IMG/VR virus record: IMGVR_UViG_3300008448_000002
Span: 32,001 to 96,000 of that record
Reading direction: 5' to 3' (one strand)
Origin: a virus
Length of the DNA: 64,000 nt
Shown: in pieces, positions 9,590 to 18,706 of the stretch
How positions within the stretch are numbered: the first letter of the stretch is position 1
How the letters are laid out: each line of letters begins with the position of its first letter
Notes under the pieces: model-generated
Seen by the model: the letters and a program-made list of their open reading frames with translations, nothing else
Database searches by the model: none
What the model was told of the DNA's origin: nothing
Program-made: the position numbers and the translations under genes

Positions 9590-10429
9590 TTAATTTCTGA
9601 ATAATACCTTATCAAGTGTTCCTGTATTGAGTGGGTCTGGGAAATATTTAAATCTAATCCACTGTAGATTCATTTCTATTGTATATGAATCATTTCCTGT
9701 AGAATCTTGATATTGTTTATACTCATTACCATTTAAAGGTATGTTAAACCAATCCTCGTTTTCTGTAGAAGGTGAATTATCAAGATTTCCCTCAACCCAT
9801 AGTTTTCCTGTAAAATCAGTTGTATATATGACAAAAGTTTGTATGCCAGTTAAATTGTACGTTTGTTGATTACCTGCGTAAGCACCCGTTACATAATACA
9901 CTTCGTTAAATTCGTTATATTCTTGAGGGACAAAATCACCACTGTAATCTTCGGCGGTGGGGTCGCCACCTTTGATTAAAATTGATTCTCTCGGATTTGG
10001 ATACGAATCCGCCAAAAACTCAAAATATCCCTTAATTCTTTGATTATGGTCTATATAAAGAGGTCTTTCGATATCTTCTTCATCTTTTAATAGCAAACTA
10101 TAGCTGGTAAATCCAGTATTCCAGTTTTGTGTTTCGGTAGGTGTTAGAATGAGTTTATAGAATCCTTTGCTGGCATCAATCAACTGTAGTGATTTCTTTA
10201 ATAATAACGTATTTGAATTATATTCTGTAATAATAATTGATACATTTTTGCCAATAGAATTAACCGATTTTCTATCTACATTTTTAATATAAATGTCTAT
10301 CGAATTGGTAAGCTGCTTGTAAATCTTAAAATCGGATTGATTAAGAGGAAAATTCATATTTTGTACACCCATGTCTCCCAAAGTGGCAATAATTTTTCTG
10401 GGAATTAAAAAGACTGATAATTTGCTCAT
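9590..10429 (-). CDS. Putative virion structural protein (BppU-like N-terminus, beta-rich C-terminal domain)
   Basis: Beta-rich; C-terminal TDFTGKLWVEGNL...EDWFNIPL is shared with the 63041..63454 product. Confidence 0.5.
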   Translation of the reverse strand: MSKLSVFLIPRKIIATLGDMGVQNMNFPLNQSDFKIYKQLTNSIDIYIKNVDRKSVNSIGKNVSIIITEYNSNTLLLKKSLQLIDASKGFYKLILTPTETQNWNTGFTSYSLLLKDEEDIERPLYIDHNQRIKGYFEFLADSYPNPRESILIKGGDPTAEDYSGDFVPQEYNEFNEVYYVTGAYAGNQQTYNLTGIQTFVIYTTDFTGKLWVEGNLDNSPSTENEDWFNIPLNGNEYKQYQDSTGNDSYTIEMNLQWIRFKYFPDPLNTGTLDKVLFRN

Positions 10430-10483
10430 TTAATTTTTTTCTAAATAATAGTAATAATTACATTATTATTTATCGAAAAAAAC

Positions 10484-10864
10484 ATGAATGAACAAACACA
10501 AGAAATATTAAAAAACTTCCCCTTTCTTAGTATGGCAACATACAGTGCCACCGAGGAAGAATATATAGGAATAATTAACAATAGGGATACAGAAATTACG
10601 AGTATGTATTTATATAACAGATTACACGATTTAGATGAAAAAAAATTATTTCTTGAACTCGGTGAAAAATGGTGGTGGGAAACAAATAGACAAATACCCA
10701 TTAATATATCATTAAGGAGTGAATGGTCAATTTTTAGAAAATGCCTTTGTTCATTCATTACAAAAGATTTAACAATAAAAGATGGTCATATTGTTAGTCT
10801 CTGTGAGATTTCAGGTAAGCGAATAAGAAGAAAACAAGTTGAACTAGTCAAAGTTATTAATTGA
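10484..10864 (+). CDS. Hypothetical protein
   Basis: 126-aa ORF preceded by CTAAATA; convergent with the dnaE fragment. Confidence 0.65.
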   Translation: MNEQTQEILKNFPFLSMATYSATEEEYIGIINNRDTEITSMYLYNRLHDLDEKKLFLELGEKWWWETNRQIPINISLRSEWSIFRKCLCSFITKDLTIKDGHIVSLCEISGKRIRRKQVELVKVIN

Positions 10865-11425
10865 TTCCTCCAAAAGATTTAATTGGGCTACAATTACAAC
10901 AGCATATGAAATACTATGCGATTTCTTAAAAAAGTAACCTTTGTCATTAACATCAGGTATCCAAACCTTTTTAAAGATGGTATCCCATCCTAAGTTAAGT
11001 AAATGACGTTTTCCTGGTCTAATGATACATAATGTAGCTGCGAGTTTTTCAATGCTGTCTGGCTTTAACTTTTTAACAATATCATGATGTCCATTTAGAT
11101 GAAAAATATTATCCAATAATTCTTTATCTTGTAACAATGTCCAATCTGGTTCTTTATTTATTAATTTCTTTAAGTGATTTCTATCACTTATTTGTTTGTA
11201 AAATCCAAGGTTTAAAAAGTCTAATTTCATCCATCCGATGTTTTCCGCCTCTTTATATTCAATAGTTGATGTATTAGTTAATATGTCTTTTGGGATTTCT
11301 TGTAGATAAATCCCAGTGGCATGTTTTATTGATTTATTTTTTTCATTAATACGCATGGCATTGACATGTTTAATCACCGTCAATGCCTCATCCCTATCAC
11401 CAAAATCAATGTCAATGTCAGGCAT
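10844..11425 (-). CDS. dnaE: Family C DNA polymerase (DnaE-like) catalytic-core fragment
   Basis: MPDIDIDF, KHATGIYL, KLDFLNL, IIRPG and FKKSHSISYA match DnaE palm/finger motifs; only 193 aa. Confidence 0.85.
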   Translation of the reverse strand: MPDIDIDFGDRDEALTVIKHVNAMRINEKNKSIKHATGIYLQEIPKDILTNTSTIEYKEAENIGWMKLDFLNLGFYKQISDRNHLKKLINKEPDWTLLQDKELLDNIFHLNGHHDIVKKLKPDSIEKLAATLCIIRPGKRHLLNLGWDTIFKKVWIPDVNDKGYFFKKSHSISYAVVIVAQLNLLEESINNFD

Positions 11426-11432
11426 CTATTAA

Positions 11433-11642
11433 TTATTTTCGTTTAAGTTTTCTAACCTCATCAAGAATACTTCTAATATCATTCTTGGCATTCTGTAATT
11501 CTTTATTGAGTTTATTAACATCATTCTTTAACATAATGATTTCGCTGTTTAATTTATTTAACTTGTTAATATCATTCGGGTTTATGACATCAGGAGTTGT
11601 TCTTTTATACTCTTTACCATAAATATCACTTAAATCACTCAT
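11433..11642 (-). CDS. Hypothetical coiled-coil protein
   Basis: 69-aa heptad-rich ORF in operon. Confidence 0.55.
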   Translation of the reverse strand: MSDLSDIYGKEYKRTTPDVINPNDINKLNKLNSEIIMLKNDVNKLNKELQNAKNDIRSILDEVRKLKRK

Positions 11643-12349
11643 ATTTTCAATTCTTTCAACATTTCTTTTATTATTGGAACTATATCTTTATTTAATTCAA
11701 ACTTCTTTTCCCATAAATAAACATCCAAATAATCTTCCAATATTCCAATTTGTTCTTCATCTAATCTACTTAAAAGTTTATTGCCTGTTTTTGATAGATA
11801 AATCACCCAAGGTGTTAATTGTCCCCTCTTAATCATATCGGTTGCTATGTTTGTATTTACAACTTCAAAAAAGTCTTCAAAGAGTGTATTTTTATCCTTT
11901 GAGTAATCGGAGATAGTAAATAAACTTCTTTCTGTTGATTTCATGCTATCTTCATATTTTAAATATTCTTTCAACCATTCATCATAAGTTGAATCTACAA
12001 TCCATTTCTTTAAAGGTACTGAACTTTTCAATAAGTAATCACAGTATTTATGTGGTTCAATAATTGACCGCATTATCAAGTATTTTCCGAAGTCAACAAA
12101 TCCCGTGTAAAAAGAGGATTCGGCGAATTGTTCATAAGTTTTTTGTTTCTGCGAGGGGTAATTCATTTTATAAAACTTATGAAACATCGCAAGTCCTAGT
12201 TGTACATGTCTTTCATCTTTGGTAATATGCCGTTTTTTCTTTTCACACATATGCCGAAAGAGAGTTGACTCTTTATAAAATGTCTTTCCACAGAAGGAAC
12301 ATAGTGCCTCTTCCTGTTCAATGTCTTCTACCTTCTTTGCTGTCATCAT
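11639..12349 (-). CDS. Zinc-finger-containing hypothetical protein
   Basis: CSFCGKTF...FRHMC N-terminal C2HC finger. Confidence 0.6.
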   Translation of the reverse strand: MMTAKKVEDIEQEEALCSFCGKTFYKESTLFRHMCEKKKRHITKDERHVQLGLAMFHKFYKMNYPSQKQKTYEQFAESSFYTGFVDFGKYLIMRSIIEPHKYCDYLLKSSVPLKKWIVDSTYDEWLKEYLKYEDSMKSTERSLFTISDYSKDKNTLFEDFFEVVNTNIATDMIKRGQLTPWVIYLSKTGNKLLSRLDEEQIGILEDYLDVYLWEKKFELNKDIVPIIKEMLKELKI

Positions 12350-12885
12350 TTTAAAGCCTTAAAATCCTTTAATAGTAATGTACATTCTTTATCTGATAAC
12401 TCTGTATAATTGAGCATATCTTGAAAATTGTCAAGTGATGTTTTCTTTATGCTAATATCAATCTCATTAGTTGAAAGATGCGGATAAAAATCTAAAAATA
12501 ACTTTTGTAGTTTTGTAAGGTTATTATTAGTAGACGATACCTTAATCCATCCATGTTTTACGTTTTTCTTTGTTCCCATACAACAAAGTAGCTTCCATAG
12601 TAATTCGGTATCCTTACCCAACTCAAATACAAACTCATTTATAAAATTGGCGGCAGATATATAGTATTCTTGATTATCTCTATTAGAATATGATACAGAC
12701 ATCCATTTATTTAGAATGTAGGGAGACAGTGCTTTCTTTTGTTCATCATCAAGTGTACTATAGAAATTAAAGTCTCTATTTTCTATTTTAGATAATACAT
12801 AGAAAATATCTAATTTCTTAGATTTTGGTAAAGATGGTTCTATTTCTTCTATGGTATTTTCAAAATATAAATCTATGATGTTCAT
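12346..12885 (-). CDS. gp62: Clamp-loader small subunit, T4 gp62-like
   Basis: SPYILNKWMS...NFINEF...LWKLLC pattern; lies in the replication block, with a gp44-like gene at 54051. Confidence 0.6.
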   Translation of the reverse strand: MNIIDLYFENTIEEIEPSLPKSKKLDIFYVLSKIENRDFNFYSTLDDEQKKALSPYILNKWMSVSYSNRDNQEYYISAANFINEFVFELGKDTELLWKLLCCMGTKKNVKHGWIKVSSTNNNLTKLQKLFLDFYPHLSTNEIDISIKKTSLDNFQDMLNYTELSDKECTLLLKDFKALK

Positions 12886-12894
12886 TTTTAGATA

Positions 12895-13422
12895 TTATAC
12901 TAAAATCGAGTTCAAGTCAAGCGTGTCTGGTATCTTTACTGTATCTTTTACAAAGAAACAACAAGAAGGGGGATGAATCCTATCCTGTGATTTAAAACCG
13001 TTATTAATAGGAACTGTTAGAATATAACCATATTTTAACTTTGGAATATTCCATATTACATCGGGCGCATAATCAACTACTTGAATATCGTGAAATGCTG
13101 GCATATACCCGTTAATTGGATTCATGACAAATGCCTGAAAATCTCTGTCATTTAATTGACTTAGCTGTATTATTTCTAATTCACTTCTGTCAATATCACC
13201 AACAACAATACTCCAATCCATCGGCATTTGTATATGATATTGTCCTATTTTTAAAGTTATAGAAGGTTTATTGAATGTTTCCATAAATATCAAGGGAACG
13301 AAAAAGAAATCAGGATTTTTTGTATCAGTATAATCTAATACACAAAAATCTACTTTATTATTCAGTTGTTTTCCTACGTCATCCATTGAATACGGTTTAT
13401 TATCACTTGTCAAAATGTTCAT
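12895..13422 (-). CDS. Hypothetical protein next to uvsW
   Basis: 175-aa ORF in operon. Confidence 0.65.
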   Translation of the reverse strand: MNILTSDNKPYSMDDVGKQLNNKVDFCVLDYTDTKNPDFFFVPLIFMETFNKPSITLKIGQYHIQMPMDWSIVVGDIDRSELEIIQLSQLNDRDFQAFVMNPINGYMPAFHDIQVVDYAPDVIWNIPKLKYGYILTVPINNGFKSQDRIHPPSCCFFVKDTVKIPDTLDLNSILV

Positions 13423-13425
13423 TGT

Positions 13426-14898
13426 TTATTCCTGTTCATCATATGTTATTTTTTTCTCCGTAAAGGGGTATTTTGCTTCTTTATAAAACTTTTTTCTTTG
13501 TATTAAATGTACTTTTGAAAACTTTGCCGTTGAACAAATATCGTATATAGTGACATGATTTTTATCCTTGGCTTTGCGTAATCCCCTACCAATGCTCTGT
13601 ATTACTCGTACAAAGCTCTTTCCTGATTCTAATAATACTATATTAAACAGTCTCGGAATGTTGATACCAGTGCTGGCAACACCATATGTAGCAATCAGAA
13701 CCTTATTATCTTCTGTATTAATATCATTGTATTCGGTTTTTCTATCAGTAGACTTCGTTTTTCCTTGTATGAATATTGAGTTGGGTATTAATTGAGTCAA
13801 TTTATTACCAATATCAATTTTTGATACTAGAATCAATGTGTTACCATTTGTTGATATATTCTGTATTGTTTTCGCCAACCACTCTACTCTTTCTTTATTC
13901 TTCAACAGATAGCTATTTTCATCAGAATATTCTTTATATTTTACTAAATCAATAGTTTGTATAATATTTATAGTACAATTAGATAGTACACCAATATCTT
14001 GTAATTCTGTTGCCGTGATTCCTTCCCCTGTGTTTCCAATAGCAGCTTGTAGAGACATCCTATTGTGTTCTTCTTTTGGAATAGTACCTGTTAATCCCCA
14101 CCGTATAGGAATATGTCTAAAAGTATCAGTTAATAAATCTCTTACCTCATTGCCTTTTAGTACATGACATTCGTCAACCATAACACCAACGACACCATCA
14201 AGTAATTTATCTAGTATTTCTTTTGATTCTTCATCTTTACTTCTTTTCAATACCATTAAACTCTGCCAAGTACAAATTGTATGAGTTTTGTCTATTTCTT
14301 TTCTCTTGCCATAATATGCGCCAACATCTAAACCAATATTCTTGTAATCATCTTCTGTTTGTGTTACTAAATCTGTACTAGGAACAATAACAATTGACCT
14401 ACCATATTTCTCTAATTTATGGGATAATACAGCAGTCATGATTGTCTTTCCGGCACCCGTGGCGATTGGTTTAATCCATTGATGATTGGTTAGATAATCG
14501 TTGATGGCATTAACTTGTTTATCTCTGATGATGATGTATTCACCTTCATTTGGATGTCCTACTGGCCATATTGGGTTTTTACAATTATCTATAATGTAAT
14601 TTTCGTCTATGAGGTCAAACTTAAATGATTGTTGTTTTCTATAATCTTCAATTATTATTTCGTGATTATTTTCAATAAGATAAGGTAAAATCTTGTCAAG
14701 ACAGTTTAAGTATGTTGTACCAGATAATCCAAAGAAACTTACTGTTCCGTCCCATCTACCTAGTTTGTATGCTGGTGTATGTCTGGCAGAATGTATGAAA
14801 TACTTCAGTTTATGGTTACACTCTCTCCTGTATTTCGCATCTAGGTCTTCAAACTTAACATTAACTTCATCTTGTATAATTAATTTTATTGTTTTCAT
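13426..14898 (-). CDS. uvsW: UvsW-like SF2 DNA helicase
   Basis: ATGAGKT, VDECH, GLTGT, ATYGVASTGINIPRL, QSIGRGLR. Confidence 0.92.
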   Translation of the reverse strand: MKTIKLIIQDEVNVKFEDLDAKYRRECNHKLKYFIHSARHTPAYKLGRWDGTVSFFGLSGTTYLNCLDKILPYLIENNHEIIIEDYRKQQSFKFDLIDENYIIDNCKNPIWPVGHPNEGEYIIIRDKQVNAINDYLTNHQWIKPIATGAGKTIMTAVLSHKLEKYGRSIVIVPSTDLVTQTEDDYKNIGLDVGAYYGKRKEIDKTHTICTWQSLMVLKRSKDEESKEILDKLLDGVVGVMVDECHVLKGNEVRDLLTDTFRHIPIRWGLTGTIPKEEHNRMSLQAAIGNTGEGITATELQDIGVLSNCTINIIQTIDLVKYKEYSDENSYLLKNKERVEWLAKTIQNISTNGNTLILVSKIDIGNKLTQLIPNSIFIQGKTKSTDRKTEYNDINTEDNKVLIATYGVASTGINIPRLFNIVLLESGKSFVRVIQSIGRGLRKAKDKNHVTIYDICSTAKFSKVHLIQRKKFYKEAKYPFTEKKITYDEQE

Positions 14899-14945
14899 AT
14901 CATACTATAATATCATTTATCTACAATTTTATCAATATTAAAATA

Positions 14946-15713
14946 TTAAAGAATCTGTACTTTATGCTGTAGATGTTCAGGGATATATAACGTATCCTTC
15001 ATGTTTTTGTAGATTATTATATTTCCTCCCACGTTAAGTGTTTCTGGTAACTTTGTTAAACTAATACAACCTGATAAACACAAATCTCCTTTAACAATTA
15101 AATTATCGGGTAATTGTTTTAAACTTGTACATTCATATAACTTCATATAACTATTAACCGTTAAATTATCGGGTAATTGTTTTAAACTTGTACATCGGTT
15201 CATCTCCAACCAACCATTAACTGTTAAGTTATTGGGCATTTTTTCTAAATTAGAACATTCATTTAAGTTTAAATGAACAACATTTATTAAATTATCAGGT
15301 AATTCTTTTAGATTTGTACACCCATATAAGTATACACTACCATTTACAGATAAATTATCAGGTAATTCTTTTAGATTTGAACAAAAATTGAGTTGTAAGT
15401 CTCGACCAACTGTTAAATTATCAGGCAATTTAAATAAACCTTCAACATTATTTAAATTTAAATCCCCAGAAATAGTTAAATTATTTGGCAATTTTTCTAA
15501 AATTTTACTATTATTTAAATTTAAATTACCATAAACAGTTATTCCTTCAGGTATCCGATTGATTTTATACACCGCATCATTAATTTTAATCAATCCAATA
15601 AATTTATAAGGACCGTGGATATAGAAATCGTGTAAATCATATAAATCATCTATATTATCTATATCATTCCTCAATTTATCATGTACTTCTCTTGTAATTT
15701 TTACTGTTTTCAT
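14946..15713 (-). CDS. Leucine-rich-repeat-like protein with ~22-aa repeats
   Basis: About eight repeats of LPxNLTVxGxLxLxxCxxLxx; inserted between uvsY and uvsW. Confidence 0.8.
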   Translation of the reverse strand: MKTVKITREVHDKLRNDIDNIDDLYDLHDFYIHGPYKFIGLIKINDAVYKINRIPEGITVYGNLNLNNSKILEKLPNNLTISGDLNLNNVEGLFKLPDNLTVGRDLQLNFCSNLKELPDNLSVNGSVYLYGCTNLKELPDNLINVVHLNLNECSNLEKMPNNLTVNGWLEMNRCTSLKQLPDNLTVNSYMKLYECTSLKQLPDNLIVKGDLCLSGCISLTKLPETLNVGGNIIIYKNMKDTLYIPEHLQHKVQIL

Positions 15714-16180
15714 CTACTTATCTCATAGTCTTCCATACCAGCAGTCTTTAACTTTGTTAAATGTCCTAGTTGATAGTGTTTATATTCAAATGCTTTTAAT
15801 ATTGATAAAAATTGATTTCTTACAAATGAGACAGAATTGATGATGTTACTTATTTCAATAACATCATCATCGCATTCTGTATATTTTTCAGCATCTCTAC
15901 TTGATAATTGTCTGGGATGTTTTTCTAAGAAGTGCCTATATTTTTTTCCATGTACACTTGTCAATGTATTCTCAAGGTATTTTAATATTGCCTCGATTTC
16001 TTGTAATTGACTAAATCTGGTTTCCAATTGTCCTGGAAGTCTTGATGACATTTTTTCAATACTTCCTTTAATAATCACCTCTTCTTTAGCTTTATCAATT
16101 TCACTTTGAAAGTATTTCATGGCATCATTTACATGAATTAAGCCATCGGTTGATGTAATCTTAGAAAACCACATGGACAT
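15710..16180 (-). CDS. uvsY: Recombination mediator UvsY-like
   Basis: LSSRDAEKY.E.D.DV...RNQFLSILKAFEYKHYQLGHLTKL; lies between uvsX and uvsW. Confidence 0.8.
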   Translation of the reverse strand: MSMWFSKITSTDGLIHVNDAMKYFQSEIDKAKEEVIIKGSIEKMSSRLPGQLETRFSQLQEIEAILKYLENTLTSVHGKKYRHFLEKHPRQLSSRDAEKYTECDDDVIEISNIINSVSFVRNQFLSILKAFEYKHYQLGHLTKLKTAGMEDYEISR

Positions 16181-16404
16181 TATTCAAATATATCCTCTTC
16201 AATTTCATCTGATGCGTTTCTGATAGTATCTACGGCGTATGCCATAAAATTATCATAATCCTCTAATACCTCATAATCCAAATCAATCTCAGATGATTTG
16301 AACACCGTTAAAAGGTCTAATGCGGCATCTTTTTTATTCTTCGTTGGAAGATAAGTATTCATTACCTCCCAAACCTTTAGTACTAATTCTTCGTATTCTT
16401 CCAT
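16180..16404 (-). CDS. Hypothetical acidic protein
   Basis: 74-aa ORF in operon. Confidence 0.6.
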   Translation of the reverse strand: MEEYEELVLKVWEVMNTYLPTKNKKDAALDLLTVFKSSEIDLDYEVLEDYDNFMAYAVDTIRNASDEIEEDIFE

Positions 16405-16406
16405 GA

Positions 16407-17471
16407 TTATTCCTCTGTATCTTGTTCTTCAGTCTCTACAACTGATTCTTTTAATAATAATTTTTCTGTAAACTCGGACATTACTAAATCCATTATATTG
16501 TTTTCATTTTTATTCCATTGTTTACGGAAGTATTTATGCTCAACACCTTTTAGGTCAACATAGGAATATCTATTACCTTGTTTTTCAATTAGTTTTCTTT
16601 TTTCAAACAAATCAAATAAACCACTGTAAATATCCATACCCGTATCATAAGGTATTTTAATCTCAACATCCTCAAATGGTTTACTGTAACGAGTTTTCAT
16701 AATTTTACAGCCAGCTCTAATACCAGCAACTTCTGTAATTTTATTACCATCCTCATCTTCTTTGAGTTTTAGTTTTTTCATGGCAACAACAATACTTGCG
16801 GCATAAATGTTTTTATCGCCACCAGAAATCTTAGGGTCTGGATTATAAGGGTCTTGACTGGCATATGTATGGTTAGTTGCCAAAAGTCCAATATCAAGAC
16901 TACCAAACATATTAACACAATTTGTAACAAGTGCTCCAAGTGCCTTTGGTTTTCTACCCATGTCACCTTTCATATCACCCGATTGAAACTGGTTTACATC
17001 TGTCGGTGTCATTAACATACCAAGACTATCAATCACAAATAATACTTTTGGTTTTTCTTCCATAGCCTTATATTGTAATACAAACTCACTAATTGTTTTT
17101 GCCACATCATCAACCATTGCCATATTTAATTTAAGCAATTTTTCTTCTGACGTATCTACACCAAGTGCCTTAAGCCATGACTCATCCAGAGCATTTTCTG
17201 TATCAATCAATACAACAAATATATCTTGTTGTTGTGCGTACTTTACAACATTACCAGAACAAAGGTAGCTTTTTCCAGCTCCACTATCTCCAGCGAACAC
17301 AGTCACCTTACCTAATGGAATACCTTTTTTGAAATCGCCACTAATCATATAATTTAGGGCATAATTTCCAGTTGAAATCCATGTAGAGGGGTCATTAAAA
17401 CCAGCAGAGATGTTTGGTATACTTTTTGTAATATCTTTTCTAAACTTAGAAAAATCTACAGGTCTTTTCAT
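16407..17471 (-). CDS. uvsX: RecA/UvsX recombinase
   Basis: ISTGNYALN, GDSGAGKS, IDTENA, VIDSLG, KISGG, KTRYSKPF. Confidence 0.93.
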   Translation of the reverse strand: MKRPVDFSKFRKDITKSIPNISAGFNDPSTWISTGNYALNYMISGDFKKGIPLGKVTVFAGDSGAGKSYLCSGNVVKYAQQQDIFVVLIDTENALDESWLKALGVDTSEEKLLKLNMAMVDDVAKTISEFVLQYKAMEEKPKVLFVIDSLGMLMTPTDVNQFQSGDMKGDMGRKPKALGALVTNCVNMFGSLDIGLLATNHTYASQDPYNPDPKISGGDKNIYAASIVVAMKKLKLKEDEDGNKITEVAGIRAGCKIMKTRYSKPFEDVEIKIPYDTGMDIYSGLFDLFEKRKLIEKQGNRYSYVDLKGVEHKYFRKQWNKNENNIMDLVMSEFTEKLLLKESVVETEEQDTEE

Positions 17472-17497
17472 AATAATAAATCCTTAATATAATTGTT

Positions 17498-17532
17498 AAA
17501 AAATGGGGAGGAGGAATAAGTAACTCCTCCCC
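17498..17532 (-). terminator. Intrinsic terminator after gp32
   Basis: 9-bp stem GGGGAGGAG/CTCCTCCCC with a U-tract on the minus strand. Confidence 0.75.
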
Positions 17533-17549
17533 TAGTTGCGTTTATATAA

Positions 17550-18539
17550 TTAAGAATTATTTTTACGAAGTTTTGCCAGAATATCCGCCGCTTTTGATTT
17601 TGATTCATCAACAGAAGTTTCTACTTGTGGTTGTTCATCACTTTGTACTGGTGTAACAGGTACTACAGATACCTTTTTCGCTGGAGCTGGAGCAACAGTT
17701 GTTTCTGCTGTTTCTTCAGAAGAGTTAAATCCCCAAGGTTTATAGTATTGTTCATACTTGGCGGGGTCATATGGCAAACCATTAACACTATCATGGAACA
17801 TTTCTACGATAATGTTCAATTCATTTGTCGTTGGTTTTTTTGGTATAAAACTCGACAAATCAAACAAACCATATTGTTCAATAGCATCAAGTTCAGCCTT
17901 AGACAAATCTCTTGAGGACATCGCCCAGCTTGATGAAGACCAGTCAGCATATTCACCTTTTTTTGTTTTCTTGATTTTGAAATCTCTACCACCAACATAA
18001 TCAGTAGGTAGATTTTCCATGTCGGGGTCTAACAATGATGTTTTGATTGGATTGAATACTTGTGGGGTGATTGAAAATCTACGAATAGGATTTTCTGGTA
18101 CACTTGGTTCTTGGAAAGGACTTTTTACTACGAAACCTTGGAAAATATAAGTATTTTTACGATAATATTTTCTTGCCAATTCATGTAGTTCATCATTATT
18201 GCTATTTGTTTTCCACCAAGGAGCAATTTCTGCCGTGATAGGGCATTTCAAACCTTTATCGCCATACATATCCACACAAGGCACTTGTACGAATACCTCC
18301 TTGTCTGTATCTCCGCCAACAACTCCAATAAATGGTAATTTGATAGTTTGGCGCAATGCCCAGAATGATAAAGTGTTATCAGGATTACCATCAGGTAAAA
18401 AGCGAACTACTGCTTCTTGTCCTTGTGTCATATCCCAAAACTTATAAATTGCGTTGTCTGTTGTTTTTGTGGATTGTTGGTCGGTATTACGCTCTTGTTT
18501 TTGTAGAGCTTCTCGAACTGCGTGTATATTTAGTGCCAT
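17550..18539 (-). CDS. gp32: Single-stranded DNA-binding protein, T4 gp32-like
   Basis: VVRFLPDGN, CPIT.E..W, GRDFKIKKTKKGEYADWSSSSW, YDP; acidic tail. Confidence 0.88.
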   Translation of the reverse strand: MALNIHAVREALQKQERNTDQQSTKTTDNAIYKFWDMTQGQEAVVRFLPDGNPDNTLSFWALRQTIKLPFIGVVGGDTDKEVFVQVPCVDMYGDKGLKCPITAEIAPWWKTNSNNDELHELARKYYRKNTYIFQGFVVKSPFQEPSVPENPIRRFSITPQVFNPIKTSLLDPDMENLPTDYVGGRDFKIKKTKKGEYADWSSSSWAMSSRDLSKAELDAIEQYGLFDLSSFIPKKPTTNELNIIVEMFHDSVNGLPYDPAKYEQYYKPWGFNSSEETAETTVAPAPAKKVSVVPVTPVQSDEQPQVETSVDESKSKAADILAKLRKNNS

Positions 18540-18553
18540 ATAGTTATAATTTC

Positions 18554-18620
18554 CTTTGAGTTATATATGAGTTAAAAATGAGTTAATGTGACAATTTCAC
18601 TTGTCATATACTATTTATGA
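18554..18620 (-). promoter_or_regulatory. gp32 leader: late promoter, TGACAA-N6-TTGTCA hairpin, three TAACTCA repeats
   Basis: Seen directly between the CATAAATA motif (18613-18620) and the gp32 RBS. Confidence 0.55.
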
Positions 18621-18706
18621 AATATTTTAGATATTATTTTCTAAAATCATCATATACTCAATATATCTCTTCTTAAGAAAAAATACAATATAATTTTATC
18701 TATTTT

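Noticed and set aside
14946-15713. CRISPR array or DGR template/variable repeat
   Set aside because: Repeats are in-frame coding units without unique spacers; no reverse transcriptase or adenine-specific TR/VR pair is visible in the window
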